Shown: piece after piece, positions 36,320 to 48,575 of the stretch
How positions within the stretch are numbered: position 1 is the stretch's first letter
How the letters are laid out: the number at the start of each line of letters is the position of its first letter
Source: Azolla caroliniana
Taxonomy: Eukaryota; Plantae; Polypodiophyta
DNA length: 64,000 nt
Assembly (NCBI GenBank): GCA_043228905.1
Contig: JBHGNT010000007.1
Location: 17,484,001-17,548,000, forward strand
Reading direction: 5' to 3'
Program-made: the position numbers and the translations under genes
The notes under the pieces: generated by a model
What the model saw: the letters and a program-made list of their open reading frames with translations, nothing else
The model's database searches: none
Told to the model about the DNA's origin: nothing

Positions 36320-36592
36320 CATAAGACGTAAAATTCGTGTTCGTCTAGCATAACATTCGTGTTCCTACGTTGGAAAACGAATGCGAATGTTATTAAAACA
36401 TTCGTGTGTTTTTGTTGTTGTTATTTTCCCCTTTTTTTAAGTTTTTTTATTTTTTTTATTTTATGTTTATTTACCTCATAAATAAATAGTTAATCCAAAA
36501 AGTATGGTATTTCCCAATATTCTAGGGTGTTTACCATACTAGAATGATTGAAACATTCGCGAATGCGAATACACGTATGGTTCAATACTATG
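36320..36592. mobile_element. MITE copy directly upstream of the TBC gene
   Basis: Homologous to 15560-15767. GAATGCGAAT motifs as in the 13443 family. Confidence 0.55.
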
Positions 36593-36802
36593 CAGGCTCT
36601 GTCTCTCTCCCTTGTTGATGATGGGAGTATTTTCAGGAATTTGGTGCAAATGGAGGCCTATTTTCGTAAATTTCTCATTTATTCTTCTCCTTCTTCTTCT
36701 CCTTCTTCTGCTTTTCTGCACAGAATCACTCAATCTCTGTGTTTCTCCTCCTCCATGGCATCGTCGAACAAGTTCTGATTTCTCTCTCCCTGTCTCTCTC
36801 TC

Positions 36803-37042
36803 ATGTTCGACCACGCGTTCTTCTACGACCAGGCATCTTCTGCATTCCTTGAAGCTTTCTCATTTCTGCAGAAGGCGTCCATGTCCTCGCCTTCTTCCTA
36901 CCATCGCTTCCGCCATTCTTCTGTCGCAGTAGCAGTGGCTATCACTGCAGTTGCAGGTGTTGCAGTTGCTGTAGCGATCTACAATCACAAGTAAGGAACG
37001 TGTTATTTGGACTCCCTTTTCTTTTTCATTTTTTCCTCTGTA

Positions 37043-37078
<36 letters not shown>

Positions 37079-40000
37079 TCTATTCTTTCGCAGAATGGAT
37101 TTAGTTTAGGTTTATGTTTTAGGATTTCTTTGCACTGAAGATTGCTTCAGCTTAGTGTTTCTGAGTGCTGCGTTCTATATTCGCATCGATATAGGGACTA
37201 TCGTTTCATACCTCTGATGAAAATAGCTTCAGAATAGGCTTAGGTTTTCTGAGTACTCCAAATTCATACTTACTCCTGAAGAAGCATTTTATTTCAGGGT
37301 TTCAAATTAATGATTCTCCTGAAGATGGTTTCAGATTAGGCTTGGAGTTTTGAGTATATTATCTCACAATTCTGAGGAGCATTGCTTCAGAGCCGGGATT
37401 TGATGTCACACTAATGTACTTTCGCACTTCTGTTGTCTCAGAAAGTGCACTTAGCAATTTCACCTCTCTGTAGTATGTTTATTTTAGCATTTTAATGTTT
37501 TTTTCTGTGTTGTAGGTTTTTTTACCTTTCAGTTATTTTTTGTGTAGCATTTTGATCGTTTCTTTTAATTCAGTGTAGTGTTTCTTTTTTGCCTACCGAA
37601 AATTCATCTCTGATGATCTGTGCCAACTGTCTTTGTTATGTATAGATCTTCCTTCATTAAAAGAAGGCGGAAAAGAACTCCACTTACACAGAAGCAATGG
37701 CATGATGGGTTTGACTCAGCATCTGGTCGTCTAACTGATCCCCGCAAAATGCTGAGAAGAGTTCGGTTTGGGGTAAGGACTCTCTCATATACATAAACAT
37801 ATGAATTGCAAGAAGTGCTAGAAAGTTTCTCTACTATGAAATTGGTAGTGAAGATTCGGTATACTAAGGTAGATGTGGAGAGCTTCTTGCCTCTGATCTA
37901 ACCTAGTTAGTCATGCAATGCTTCTCTAGGCAGCATGGAAAACATACATAGCTGGATGTTGATTGTGTTCTAGCCTCCCAGATAGATTTTCTGAGCATCG
38001 TTGTGGAAGCTGATCATGTTGAGCGATGTAGGCACGGTGGAGATACTTACCTAGATGTTGTAGATGGGGACTAACAACTTAGAAAGTTCAGTAGGGTGGT
38101 AAGGAGTTGTAGATGGTGTGATACGATGGCAAGGAGTTGATATGTGCTAGGGTGGTAAAGTGTTGTAGATGCGATGATAAGGCGTTGTGGACGGGTTGTA
38201 ACATACTTTGGAAGTGTGGTAGAGTGGTAAGGAGTTGTAGATGGAGTGTAGAATGTGTAGCTAGGTGTGATACGATGGCAAGGAGTTGATATGTGCTAGG
38301 GTCATAAAATGTTGTAGATGTGACGATAAAGTGTTGTGGACGGTTGGTAACATACGTAACCAGGTGTGCTAGGATGGTGAGAGATTGTAGATGGCATCTA
38401 ACATGCCTGATGTTAGGTTTGGTAGGGTTGGTGTGATAAGGTGTTGTAGATGGGGTGGAACATAACAGCTAGGTTTGCAAAGCTTCTATTGATAAATAGG
38501 AACTTCCAAATATCACATGGATTAAAACACACTCCACAAATACACATGGATTAATACTTGAACAGATGGGGAAACAAACAACATCAAATAGAGGCAACAA
38601 TGAAGGAGGGGGATGTTGCCTCTATTTAGAACAGAGGGGGAAACCCGCTCATAAGACTTGTGAGATTCCAATGCCATCCTCTTATTTAATTATGAGAGCC
38701 TCTCATGCCGAAACTCAGAATTCTCAACATTGGAGAGAAAAACATGAGGGAAAGTGGTTTTTTCTGGTATCCGAAATTTTCTAGAGGTATTTGTTTATAT
38801 CTTCGATATTAGTGCATTGCATATAGGACTTCATACAATGAAATGAAGAGTATCTATACGTGCCATTTTATGATTTCTTATCTGTGGCATGTTTTGTGAA
38901 ATATGCAGGGCATTGATCCTTGTATTAGGGCTGAAGTTTGGCTCTTTCTATTGGGCTTGTACGTTGTCACTGTTATCCATATTATGTTCAACTCATCAAG
39001 CTGCATCATAAAGTGCTCTGTAGCTATGAATTCTTACCTTTCTATATATTATTTCAATCTGCAGCTATGAACTGGACAGTACTCGAGGTGAACGAGAACA
39101 GGAAAAGAGTAGGAAAAGGTATGCTTGTCTCATGAGCTTCTCTCTTTCTCTGTCACTTCTCTTTCTAAAAATCACAAATCTTGCTAGAAACATGACAGCT
39201 GTGCTAAAAGTAGAAATAGATGCCAAATTGGAAAAGAGATCATGTTATTGCAATATATGCTTTGAAAGGATCAGCTGTGATGTGTACAATGAATTCTATG
39301 GGCCTTGTTGCTCCTCCCTACATATCATACATCAAACAAGGGTGCCATTGTCATCGACAATGTACATATAATACAACCCTATCCCATGACCCATTTTCCC
39401 TCTAAATCGGGGAGATGACCTCTTGTGCCATTCGACATTTACATGGTTGGAGGCATCGATAACCAAGGGATCCATGCTGTGCAACTCATATATGTGTGAC
39501 ACATGCACCCCATTTATTGTAGAAACATCTATTTGTCTCTTGGGTTAAGGCTTACCAACTGAGTGGAGGAACTCTATTGTACATATCCACAAAGCAGGGG
39601 CACCATAGATCCCAATAACTACTTATAATCATGATTGGTCGGCCTAATTTAGCGACCTACTAGAGGCCAAGCTTTCTAGTTATGCAAAAATGGAGGAACT
39701 GTGAATGACAGGCCATGCTCAGATGTTTGTTTAACCAAGCCTGGGTATGAAAGAAAAGACTATAATGTTGATTTGTGGAGTTTTGCAAAGCATTTGATAC
39801 AATCCCTTGGGACAATATTTTCATCCCTAATGACATATTTGGGAGATTTACTCTGAATGGGGAGGTGATTTGTAGGAGGATGAAGCCTTGCTAAGAAGAT
39901 TGGAGTGAAGCAAGGGTATCTGTTCTCCCTGATGTTATTTGGAATCTATGTATATGATGATGAGATTGGCTACATAATAGGAGACAGCAGTTATGAAATC

Positions 40001-42977
40001 GAGCTTGGAGGTACAAATATTCAGATATTGCTCTATGTGGACAACATCATAGTCTTTGAGTCACACACAGGACATGGCGAGGCATTGGATGACTTTATAC
40101 CTAGAGAGGATTGACATCAAACTCTGGGATACGACGATTCAAATGTTCCATACATCCAAATACATATTTCAAAATACCTTAATTAGCAGGGAAATAGGTG
40201 AAGGCTCCAAGCTTGTGTCTGTTTACTTGGGGATCACTTCGATAGCTACAGTTGACTATAGGATGCTTCTCTATTGCATAGGCAGTGTGATACAGTCATT
40301 TGGGGCTATGATACATTGGCAAGGTTTAAAAGGTAGTGCCACCTGTCACATTTGCAGCACTGTACCAAAGAGTTGCCTTTTGACACTTTGGTCACACTTG
40401 CTGGGTATACATACCAGAAACAAAGACCATGAATATTTTGGAATGCCTCACATGTGAACATTAAGTATGATTTACGAGAGTTCCTGAAAGTTTTCTCTAG
40501 CTTTAAACAATTCCTAACAAGGACAGAACATCCTCCATGACACTAGGTATGGTTTTTGTTCATCTACCTCATAACAGAACCAAAGCCATGGGAAATCAAA
40601 ATAGTGAAATATTGCAGTAGCTTAAATTTTCTTCTTAGCTTTTACATTTTATTTTTGTTTTGCTAGTTTAAAATCCGCCACTTACATAGTTCTGGAGGGT
40701 GCGGACACCAGATATTGTTACACATTGGCCTGTCAATAGGTCTGAGAGTACATGGACATGTATGCTTGTATGACTCGAATGTACCATTTAATTACCTATC
40801 ATTAGATGGTGAATAGATATTGTAGCGTGGTGCCCTAGGGATCTTTCCTTTACAAATTGCAAAGATTAGTGACCAATGCAAATTTTAGCAATTCCTTCCA
40901 AAGAAAGATCCAGAGATGCAGAGATATCTCTTACATTCAGGATCAGGAATATACTTTCCAGTAGAGGGTAATTAAACAGAATGAGAAGAACAAGAAGAAT
41001 CTGCCCTCAGCCTCAAGGATCTCCTCTTTGATGCAGTGCACCTGGGGGTAGCACTCCAGGAGGTAGAAGCACAAAGTGCATGTAGATAGCCTAGATTGTT
41101 GGGCTCAAGACACCGGGATTACACATTTAAGAGACCTAAGAGATTCACATCTGTAACTAACAGAAAATTGAGGTAAGAGTGAGTGACTGACATACATGAG
41201 CTCTAATGTAGTGCTCATTTTCAGAGAGTTCACAATGCAGCTGTCTCTACATGTGTTAACAACTAAATCTCTCACATGGACAGAGCTAGCTCTTAGTGCA
41301 TATTATCTACTATCCTACTCAATACAAATCTTTTATTATTGTCAGAATACATGAATTTAATTGAACATTGTGTAATTTGCCTCAAAAGATGAGGTCAGCG
41401 TTTCACAACGTTAATAAAGCATTGTGTATTTGTTTCGTTCTTAAGTGATTTTACTGTAGGTATTGTGCATTGAATGCTTGACTTTCTTTTCTATCAACCA
41501 ACATATATTTGATCTCAGTATTGTCTCTAACAGGGAAGTTTACAGAGATCTGAAAATCCAATGCAACCTTCTGAGGGGGAGTATCTCGGAAAACTCAGAA
41601 AGTTCTGAGAACCTGAGTTCTTTGGTGGAGGTGCAAAATATATCTATAACGAAGGAAACTTTAGAATCACGTAATGATTCACAAGGCAGCAGTGAAGGGA
41701 ATTCAGACGAGGATTGTAAAGAAGAGCCCATTCAAACAACCAATTCACTTGCATCAAACAAAATAACAATGAGTATAGGGTCCGAGGAGGAAGGAAAATC
41801 AGAAGGAAAAGTCATTTTTCTTGAATCAAACAAAGTAGAAGTAGCTGAGAGTGTTTGGTTTAAGGATGAAGGAGGAGAATCAAAAGAGGCAAGCATCTCA
41901 CTTGCATCAAATGAAGTAAAAGCAGTTGAGAGTTTAAATTCCTATGAGGGAGAAGAATCAAAAGAGAGGACTGCTTCTTTACTTGCATCAAACATAGTAG
42001 TCGAGAATGTTGGGTCCAAAGATGAAGAATCGAAAGTTAAAATCACTCCACATGCAACGAATATAGTAGTTGAGAATGTCGAGTCCAAAGAAGAAGAATC
42101 GAAAGTTAAAATCACTCCACGTGCAACGAACAAACTGAAGGTTGTCAAAGAAGAAGTATCCAAAGCATCTGAAGATTTCATTACATGGCAAAGGATCATT
42201 CGATTGGATGCAGTTCGAATGAATGCAGAATGGGTTCCTTATTCCCCAAGTCAAGCGAACGTGACCCAAGAAGTAGCTTGGGAGCTCGCTTCAAGTGTTG
42301 GACTGAAAGATGATGAACATTTAGAGCCTTGTCGGCAACATCATGCAGCTCGTCTAGTAAGTATATTAGAGGCATATGCTCTTTATGACCCAGAAATAGG
42401 TTATTGCCAAGGTATGAGTGATCTTCTATCCCCCTTTGTAGCCCTTCTTGATGAAGATTATGAGGCTTTTTGGTGCTTTGTTCAATTCATGAGCACTGCT
42501 CGGCATAACTTCCGAAGAGATGAAGTTGGTATACGTCGGCAACTTAACAAGATTGCAAACATTTTTAGAATAGGAGACCTGGGTCTCTATTCTCACTTCG
42601 AGAAAATGCAAGCCGAAGATTGCTTTTTTGTTTACCGGATGGTTGTGGTGCTGTTGAGAAGAGAGCTCACTTTTGAGCAAACTATTTCCTTATGGGAGGT
42701 CATTTGGGCAGAGAAGAAGGATGTGACATTGGGTGACATAAAACCATCTCGTTCTTCTTGGAAAATGAAGAAGAAGCAAAAGTCTACCGATGACTTGATC
42801 TTGTTTGTTATTGTAGCGGCAGTTCGACAAAGGAGGAAAGTGATTATTGCGAAATGTAATGGATTGGATGAAATTCTAAGGGAATGTAATAGTATGGCTG
42901 GACATTTGGATGTGTGGTCTTTATTGGATGAGGCCCGAGAGCTATTTTCAATTGTTAATGGTCGGATTAATGATTGA
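36803..42977 (+). CDS. TBC-domain Rab GTPase-activating protein (GYP7-like); exons ~36803-36990, 37646-37772, 38909-38958, 39065-39118, 41534-42977
   Basis: The exons join in frame through GT-AG introns: VAVAITAVAGVAVAVAIY / RRRKRTPLTQKQW..RRVRFG / GIDPCIRAEVWLFLLG / YELDSTRGERE / ...WQRIIRLDAVR...YDPEIGYCQGMSDLLSP...AFWCF. The start codon is uncertain. Confidence 0.92.
38050..38470. repeat. Intronic GTTGTAGATG-based degenerate tandem repeat
   Basis: Repeated ggtaaggagttgtagatgg and gatacgatggcaaggagttgatatgtgctaggg blocks in intron 2. Confidence 0.65.
39560..40460 (+). mobile_element. Highly decayed LINE RT fragment in TBC intron 4
   Basis: Remnants of KAFDTIP, GVKQG..S..LFGIY, ILLYVDNII and VYLGIT. 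Related to the 29100-35160 LINE. Confidence 0.7.
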
Positions 42978-43160
42978 TTGATATGATATAACTCTTTTTA
43001 GGAGAGGATAGATGAAATTTGTAGTGGCTAATAACCTTTGGGATGGTCTCTTTAGTTTGGTTGCAGAGGCACTCCATTCTGTAAAAAAACAGAGCCTAAT
43101 ATTGCAACTTCTCAGGTCAAATTGATACCTTTTTTTCAATTCCAACAAAGCATTGTGGAG

Positions 43161-43510
43161 ATGATTTTTAAATCAGAATGCATATAAAATGGGTAAATCT
43201 CAATCTATGTTGAGGGATAAAAGAACCAGCAAGGTGCATTCTCTATGCCAATAGATAAGATGGAGTTTTGGTCTATTATAAGCTAGTATTGTTTGGCACG
43301 GATGTTACACCTTTCTTGAAGCATGGTCATTATGGTCATGATTTTTAAATCAGAATGCATATAAAATGGGTAAATCTCAATCTATGTTGAGGGATAAAAG
43401 AACCAGCAAGGTGCATTCTCTATGCCAATAGATAAGATGGAGTTTTGGTCTATTATAAGCTAGTATCGTTTGGCACGGATGTTACACCTTTCTTGAAGCA
43501 TGGTCATCAT
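43161..43510. repeat. 177-bp near-perfect tandem duplication
   Basis: Units start atgatttttaaatcagaatgc at 43161 and 43338. Confidence 0.95.
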
Positions 43511-45180
43511 TGTCATCTTCTTTGGTTTCATGATCCGCATTAAAAATATGTTCAGTGTACTTCAAAAAATGTTTGTAGAACTCGAAACTTAAGTTACATC
43601 ATCCATAAATTCACTATTTTACTTTTTCTTTGTTACAAGCATCATTATACTAAATATGATTCTAATTGCCCATGGTTTACTTTTATGCCCATTGGCTTAA
43701 TTGAATGTAGTGCATGCTCCTAAAACAAATGGGATCCGTCATGGCTACATGCAAAGAATTGTGTATTGACAATTGGACAAGAGCTCAATGATAGAGCAGG
43801 ATGCATGATAAAGAGAATAGGACTCTAATTGAGAAGTGTAAGTCAGTGGATGATAAATATTTTTACATTGTATAAAATTGCAAGAAATTATATACAATGG
43901 AAAATGTATTTGATGTGAGATATTTTGCAGTTAGTGATAACTTAATAAAAAGGTATAACTATTTTTTGCACCCTGAATTATACGCTGTACAATAATTTTC
44001 CAAACCTCTTGCATGTTAAACTATAGAAACCTATTTCAAGAGGCATTCTTGAAAAAGCAATGAAGTTTGCTTTTTGGATGAAAACTAAATTGCGGTAAAC
44101 ATTTTGAAGACAATGTAACTAGAGGTAAGATTGAACGTGGTTTGCATGCCACATTTATTATCCATCTTAGTCTCTAGCAACAACCATGAAGAATATTCAA
44201 TTCTAGGGTGCCACCCTTATTCATGTATAGATCCCTTTAGGCCCAATAATGCAAATCTTTTGTTAAGCACGGTAAGTATGTATGCCTTTTCCTGTTGGGC
44301 CAAAGGATCTATGATTTTACAACAATTATGCTTTAATTAAGGACCACAATTGAAATGTGGACATGCTTCGACTATATCCTTCGATGATGACTTTTCAAGA
44401 GCAATTTGTGAGAAAAAGCATTTGTGATCTCCCAAACTATGATCATGATCCTAAATCAATCCTACTAAGGGTTGAACCTAGAGTGTTTAGTTTTGTAGAT
44501 TAGAGCCTTGTCCATTGGCTCATAGCCTATATGATCTATGATTTTCAATTAATTATGCTTTAATTAAGAATGCAATTAAAATACAAAGACATCTTCAACT
44601 AAATCCTTCAATGATCATGTCGAAATGACTTTTAAAGAGCATTTTTTGTGAAAAAAACATTTGTGATCTTTCAAACCATGATCATGACCTAAATAGACCC
44701 TACTAGGGGTCAAGCATGTAATCCCTACTTTCCTAGACCACCACCTTATCCATTGAGCCATGGGATCTATGATTTTTTATTGATTATGCTTTAATTAAGA
44801 ACCACAATTGAAATACATGAATATGATTTGACTCAATCCTTTTGAAATGATGTTGTTTAGACTTTTAACGAGCAATTGGCACGAAATAAACTATTTCTAT
44901 TCTCAAACCACAACATCCTTATTAATCAACGCATTCAATGAAAGATGTATAGGATCACTCTTTGTAGACATTTACAAGTAATGTTATGATTAAAGTCATG
45001 GACATTGATGCATTCAAGGAAAGAGGCATATTGAGAATTTTCTTTGTAGACATTTGATATTAATGTGCATGATCCCTGATCATCGTAGTTTTGATATTAA
45101 TGATTATTCATCATTGCACTTGTGATCTCCCAAACTATCATCTTGATCCTAGATCAATCCTACTAGGGTTCGCACCTAGA

Positions 45181-45285
45181 TTTCACTTGCGCCAAAGGCT
45201 CCCACTTATTCTACACCTCTCAAGTCATTTCACAAAGTCAGACTAGAGTCAAGCTCAATAGGGTCTTCTTTCCACATTGATTCTT
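45181..45285 (-). rRNA. 25S/26S rRNA fragment (pseudogenic)
   Basis: Reverse complement reads GAAAGAAGACCCTATTGAGCTTGACTCTAGTCTGACTTTGTGAAATGACTTGAGAGGTGTAGAATAAGTGGGAGC, a conserved LSU rRNA segment. Confidence 0.9.
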
Positions 45286-45323
45286 CTATTTTAATAATTA
45301 AAGCATAAGAAAATTAAGTCATA

Positions 45324-45396
45324 GATCCAATGGCCCAATGGATAAGGTGTTAGACTATGAAACCAGAGATTTTAGGTTCGACCCCTAGTATGATCG
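45324..45396 (+). pseudogene. tRNA-Arg(ACG)-derived copy (anticodon mutated to ATG), inverted relative to the array
   Basis: GATCCAATGGCCCAATGGATAAGGTGTTAGACTATGAAACCAGAGATTTTAGGTTCGACCCCTAGTATGATCG, 73 nt. Closely resembles plant tRNA-Arg(ACG). Confidence 0.85.
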
Positions 45397-45522
45397 ATTA
45401 TGATTAGGTTTTTCATTGGGAAATTTAAAAGAGAACGATGACACGATGTATTGCGTGATGTTGAATTAAAAATGTGTATAAGAAATGTGCTTGTGATAAA
45501 AGTAGATTAATGCAAGAATAAA

Positions 45523-45682
45523 CCCTTGCTTCTGGTCTTAAGGTGCACTTGCGCGCTGATTCAGGCTGAAGACATTGTCAGGTGAGGAGTTTGGTTGGGG
45601 GGGCACATATGTTAAGAGATAATGCAGGTGTCCTAAGATGAGCTCAACGAGAACATAAATCTCATGTGGAACAAAAGAGTAA
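45523..45682 (+). rRNA. 25S/26S rRNA fragment (pseudogenic)
   Basis: GAAGACATTGTCAGGTGAGGAGTTTGG...GCAGGTGTCCTAAGATGAGCTCAACGAGAAC, the LSU segment just downstream of the 45181 fragment. Confidence 0.9.
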
Positions 45683-47429
45683 TACAAGGACACACTTCAA
45701 CTAAATCCTTCGATGATAATGTTGAAGTAACTTTTAAGGAGCAATTTGTGTGAAATAAGCATTTGTGATATCTCAAACCATGATCATGATCCTAAATAGA
45801 TCATAGTAGGGTCAAATTGGAATCTCTTGTTTTGTAGACCATTGCCTTATTTATTGGGCCATAAAATCAATGATTTTCAATTAATTATGCTTTAATTAAG
45901 ACTGCAATTAAAATACAAAGACATGCTTCAACTAAATCCTTCGATGATCATGTTGACCTAACTTTTCAAGAGCCATTTTTGTGAAATAAGCATTTTTTAT
46001 CTCTCAAACCATGATCATGATCCTATATAGATCCTACTCAAGGTCAACTGTGAATATGATTCGACTAAATCCTTTTGCAATCATAGGGTAGACTTTTAAT
46101 GAATCATTTGTGTGAAATAAAATGTTCTTGTTCTCAAACCATGACACCCTTATTAATCAATACAATCAAGGAAAGAGACAAGTATAGGATTACTCTTTCT
46201 AGACATTTACAACATCCTACTAGGGGTCAAACTGAACCTAGAGTCTCTAGTTTCGTACACTAGCCCCTTATCCATTGGGCCATAGGATATTAGGATCTAC
46301 AATTTTCTATTACTTATGCTTTAATTAAGAGCTAGAGTTGGAAAACAAATACAAGGACATGCTTTGACTATATGATGACTTTTAAGGTGCAATATATGTG
46401 ACATAAGCATTTGTGATCTCCCAAACTATGATGTTGATCCTAAACCAATCCTACTAGGGTTCGAACCTAGAGTTCTTGGTTTTGTAGCCCATCGTGTTGT
46501 CCATTGGGCCATAGGATCAATTATTTCTAATTAATTATGCTTTACTTAAGAATGCAATTAAAATACAAACACATGCTTCTACTAAATCTTTCGGCGAGTA
46601 TGTTGACTTGACTTTTTAAGCAGCAATTTGTGTGAAATAACCATTTGTGATCTTGCAAACCATGATCCTAAATAGATCTTGCTATGATTCAAAGCTAGAA
46701 TATTTGGTTTCATAGACCACTGCCTTATCCATTGAGTCCGAAGATCTATGATTTTCGATTGATTATGCTTAAATTAAGAACCACAATTAAAATACCATGT
46801 AATATGATTCGACTAAATCCTATTGCAATCATGTTCATTAGACATTTAACGAGCAATTACATGAAATAAACTATTTCTATTCTTAAAGTGCAACATCCTT
46901 ATTAATCAATGCATTGAACGAAAGAGACATGGATAGGATTACTCTTTGTAGACATTTACAATTAATGCGATGATTCAGAGTTGTGGAAATCAATGCATTC
47001 ATTGAAAGAGGCATATATAGCATTACTTTTCATATAGATTTAATATTAATGTGCATGATCCTTGATCATCGTATTTTGTATATCAATGACTCTTAATCAT
47101 TGCACTTATGATCAAGCTCAAACTATGATTATGATCCTAAATCAATCATACGAGGGGATGAACCTAGAATATCTCGTTTCGAAGACCAATGCCTTATCCA
47201 TTGGACCATAAGATCTTTTAGTCGATAATGTTATCATGATGGTGCACCTCCAAAAATGCCAATATACATATCACTTAGTATGCTTTGCTATGGTCTATCG
47301 CACTTCATCAATGTGTGTGGGGGATTGTTCCATAACTCTCCCTAAAGAGTGGACAAAACAAATAGGTAAGTTTGCTACTCTGTTACTTAATCCCAAATGT
47401 ATAAATAAAAGTATAAGTTGTGATAGTAG

Positions 47430-47845
47430 ATAATTAGCTATATAACCAAGTTCATAGTACATTTGTAGCTAATTAGCTAAGCTGGAACCCCTAACCACTA
47501 AATAGCAAAGTTCGTAGTACATTGGTAGCTAATTAGCTAAATATCTAAGGTTTTGGAAGAATGATAGCTAAATAACTAAGGTCGTAGAATAGTGGTAGCT
47601 ATATAGCTAAAGTTGTGGAAGAGTAGTACCTAAATAGCTAATTAGCTATATAGCTAAGGTTGTGGAATAGTAGTAGCTAAATAACTAGTTGGTATCGTTA
47701 ATCGCTAATTAGCTATGACCATAATAGAGTAGTAGCTTAGGTAAGACCATAGTACAATAGGCTAAAATCATGGTTAATTGGTAGCTAATTAGCTAAAGTG
47801 ATAGTAAGAGTTAGTTAGCATTACCAATCGCTAATTAGCCTATAC
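47430..47845. repeat. TAGCTAATTAGCTA-rich repeat (MITE-like), also at ~19470-19745
   Basis: More than 15 TAGCTA palindromic motifs. Confidence 0.6.
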
Positions 47846-48575
47846 ATGTTGTTGTAGAACCTTGGGGATTAACTCACTTGCATGATGTGTCCGACCGGGT
47901 TGATGTTGCAACCAATGAGGAAATATTTGACCATGTGGTTGAGGGTAAGAGTTTTGTCTAAACATCTCTTATAGATCAACTTCATTCTTTGCTTGTGGAA
48001 GAGTGTAATGAACTGGGCAAGACTGCCCAAAATAATAAAACGGTCGACCCAACGCATAATTCTGAAGTGTAGTGTTTTTGAACACTTGATACAACAATTC
48101 TTTGAGTCCTCTAACCTTGCACAACCTCACCTAGCCCTTACATGTGATGTTGTAGACCCACATCCTCCTCTTCTTGAACATCTAGCGAAGGAAGCTGCTA
48201 ACGTGCCTTTGGAGGAGGATGTGGCGGATATGTGTCAGAGGACACACGTGCTCAATGGGTGAAAGAGGCTAGACAAAATGGGTAGTTGTCTAGAAATAGG
48301 TTGAAGAAGGGGACTCCATCGGGGAAAAGACCAATTACTCGGTGAAGGGGTTAGATTTTCATTTTAGTGGATTAGATATGTAGTGGATTTATCTTTTAGA
48401 GATTAATGTATAAGTTTTGTTTGTACAAGCAGAACCATTATTGGTTTATATTTAATCCCTTTCATGTGATGGATATTTAGGAAATGGTCTAGTTTGGTCA
48501 AGGAATGTTGTTTTATAATATTGTTGTCATTTTGTAAGATTTTTGTTGCTTTGTGAGTGTGATTATGCTCGTTTT

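Larger units (their letters stand above)
44283..47215 (-). repeat. Tandem array of ~11 decayed tRNA-Arg(ACG) gene copies with conserved spacers
   Basis: Copies at ~44283-44309 (partial), 44457-44527, 44695-44767, 45155-45180 (partial), 45324-45396 (+), 45798-45868, 46029-46047 (partial), 46214-46288, 46446-46518, 46674-46746 and 47143-47215. Shared spacer TTATGCTTTAATTAAG...GCATTTGTGATCT. Confidence 0.9.

Noticed and set aside
40821-41123. Possible solo LTR (TGTAG...TTACA) in TBC intron 4
   Set aside because: No matching TSD and no second copy in the window.
45324-45396. Functional tRNA-His(ATG) or other novel isoacceptor
   Set aside because: The body is tRNA-Arg(ACG), ATG is a CpG deamination product, and the acceptor and anticodon stems have mismatches.
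44283-47215. CRISPR-like repeat-spacer array
   Set aside because: The spacers are homologous to each other, the repeats are tRNA-derived, there are no cas genes, and the context is eukaryotic.
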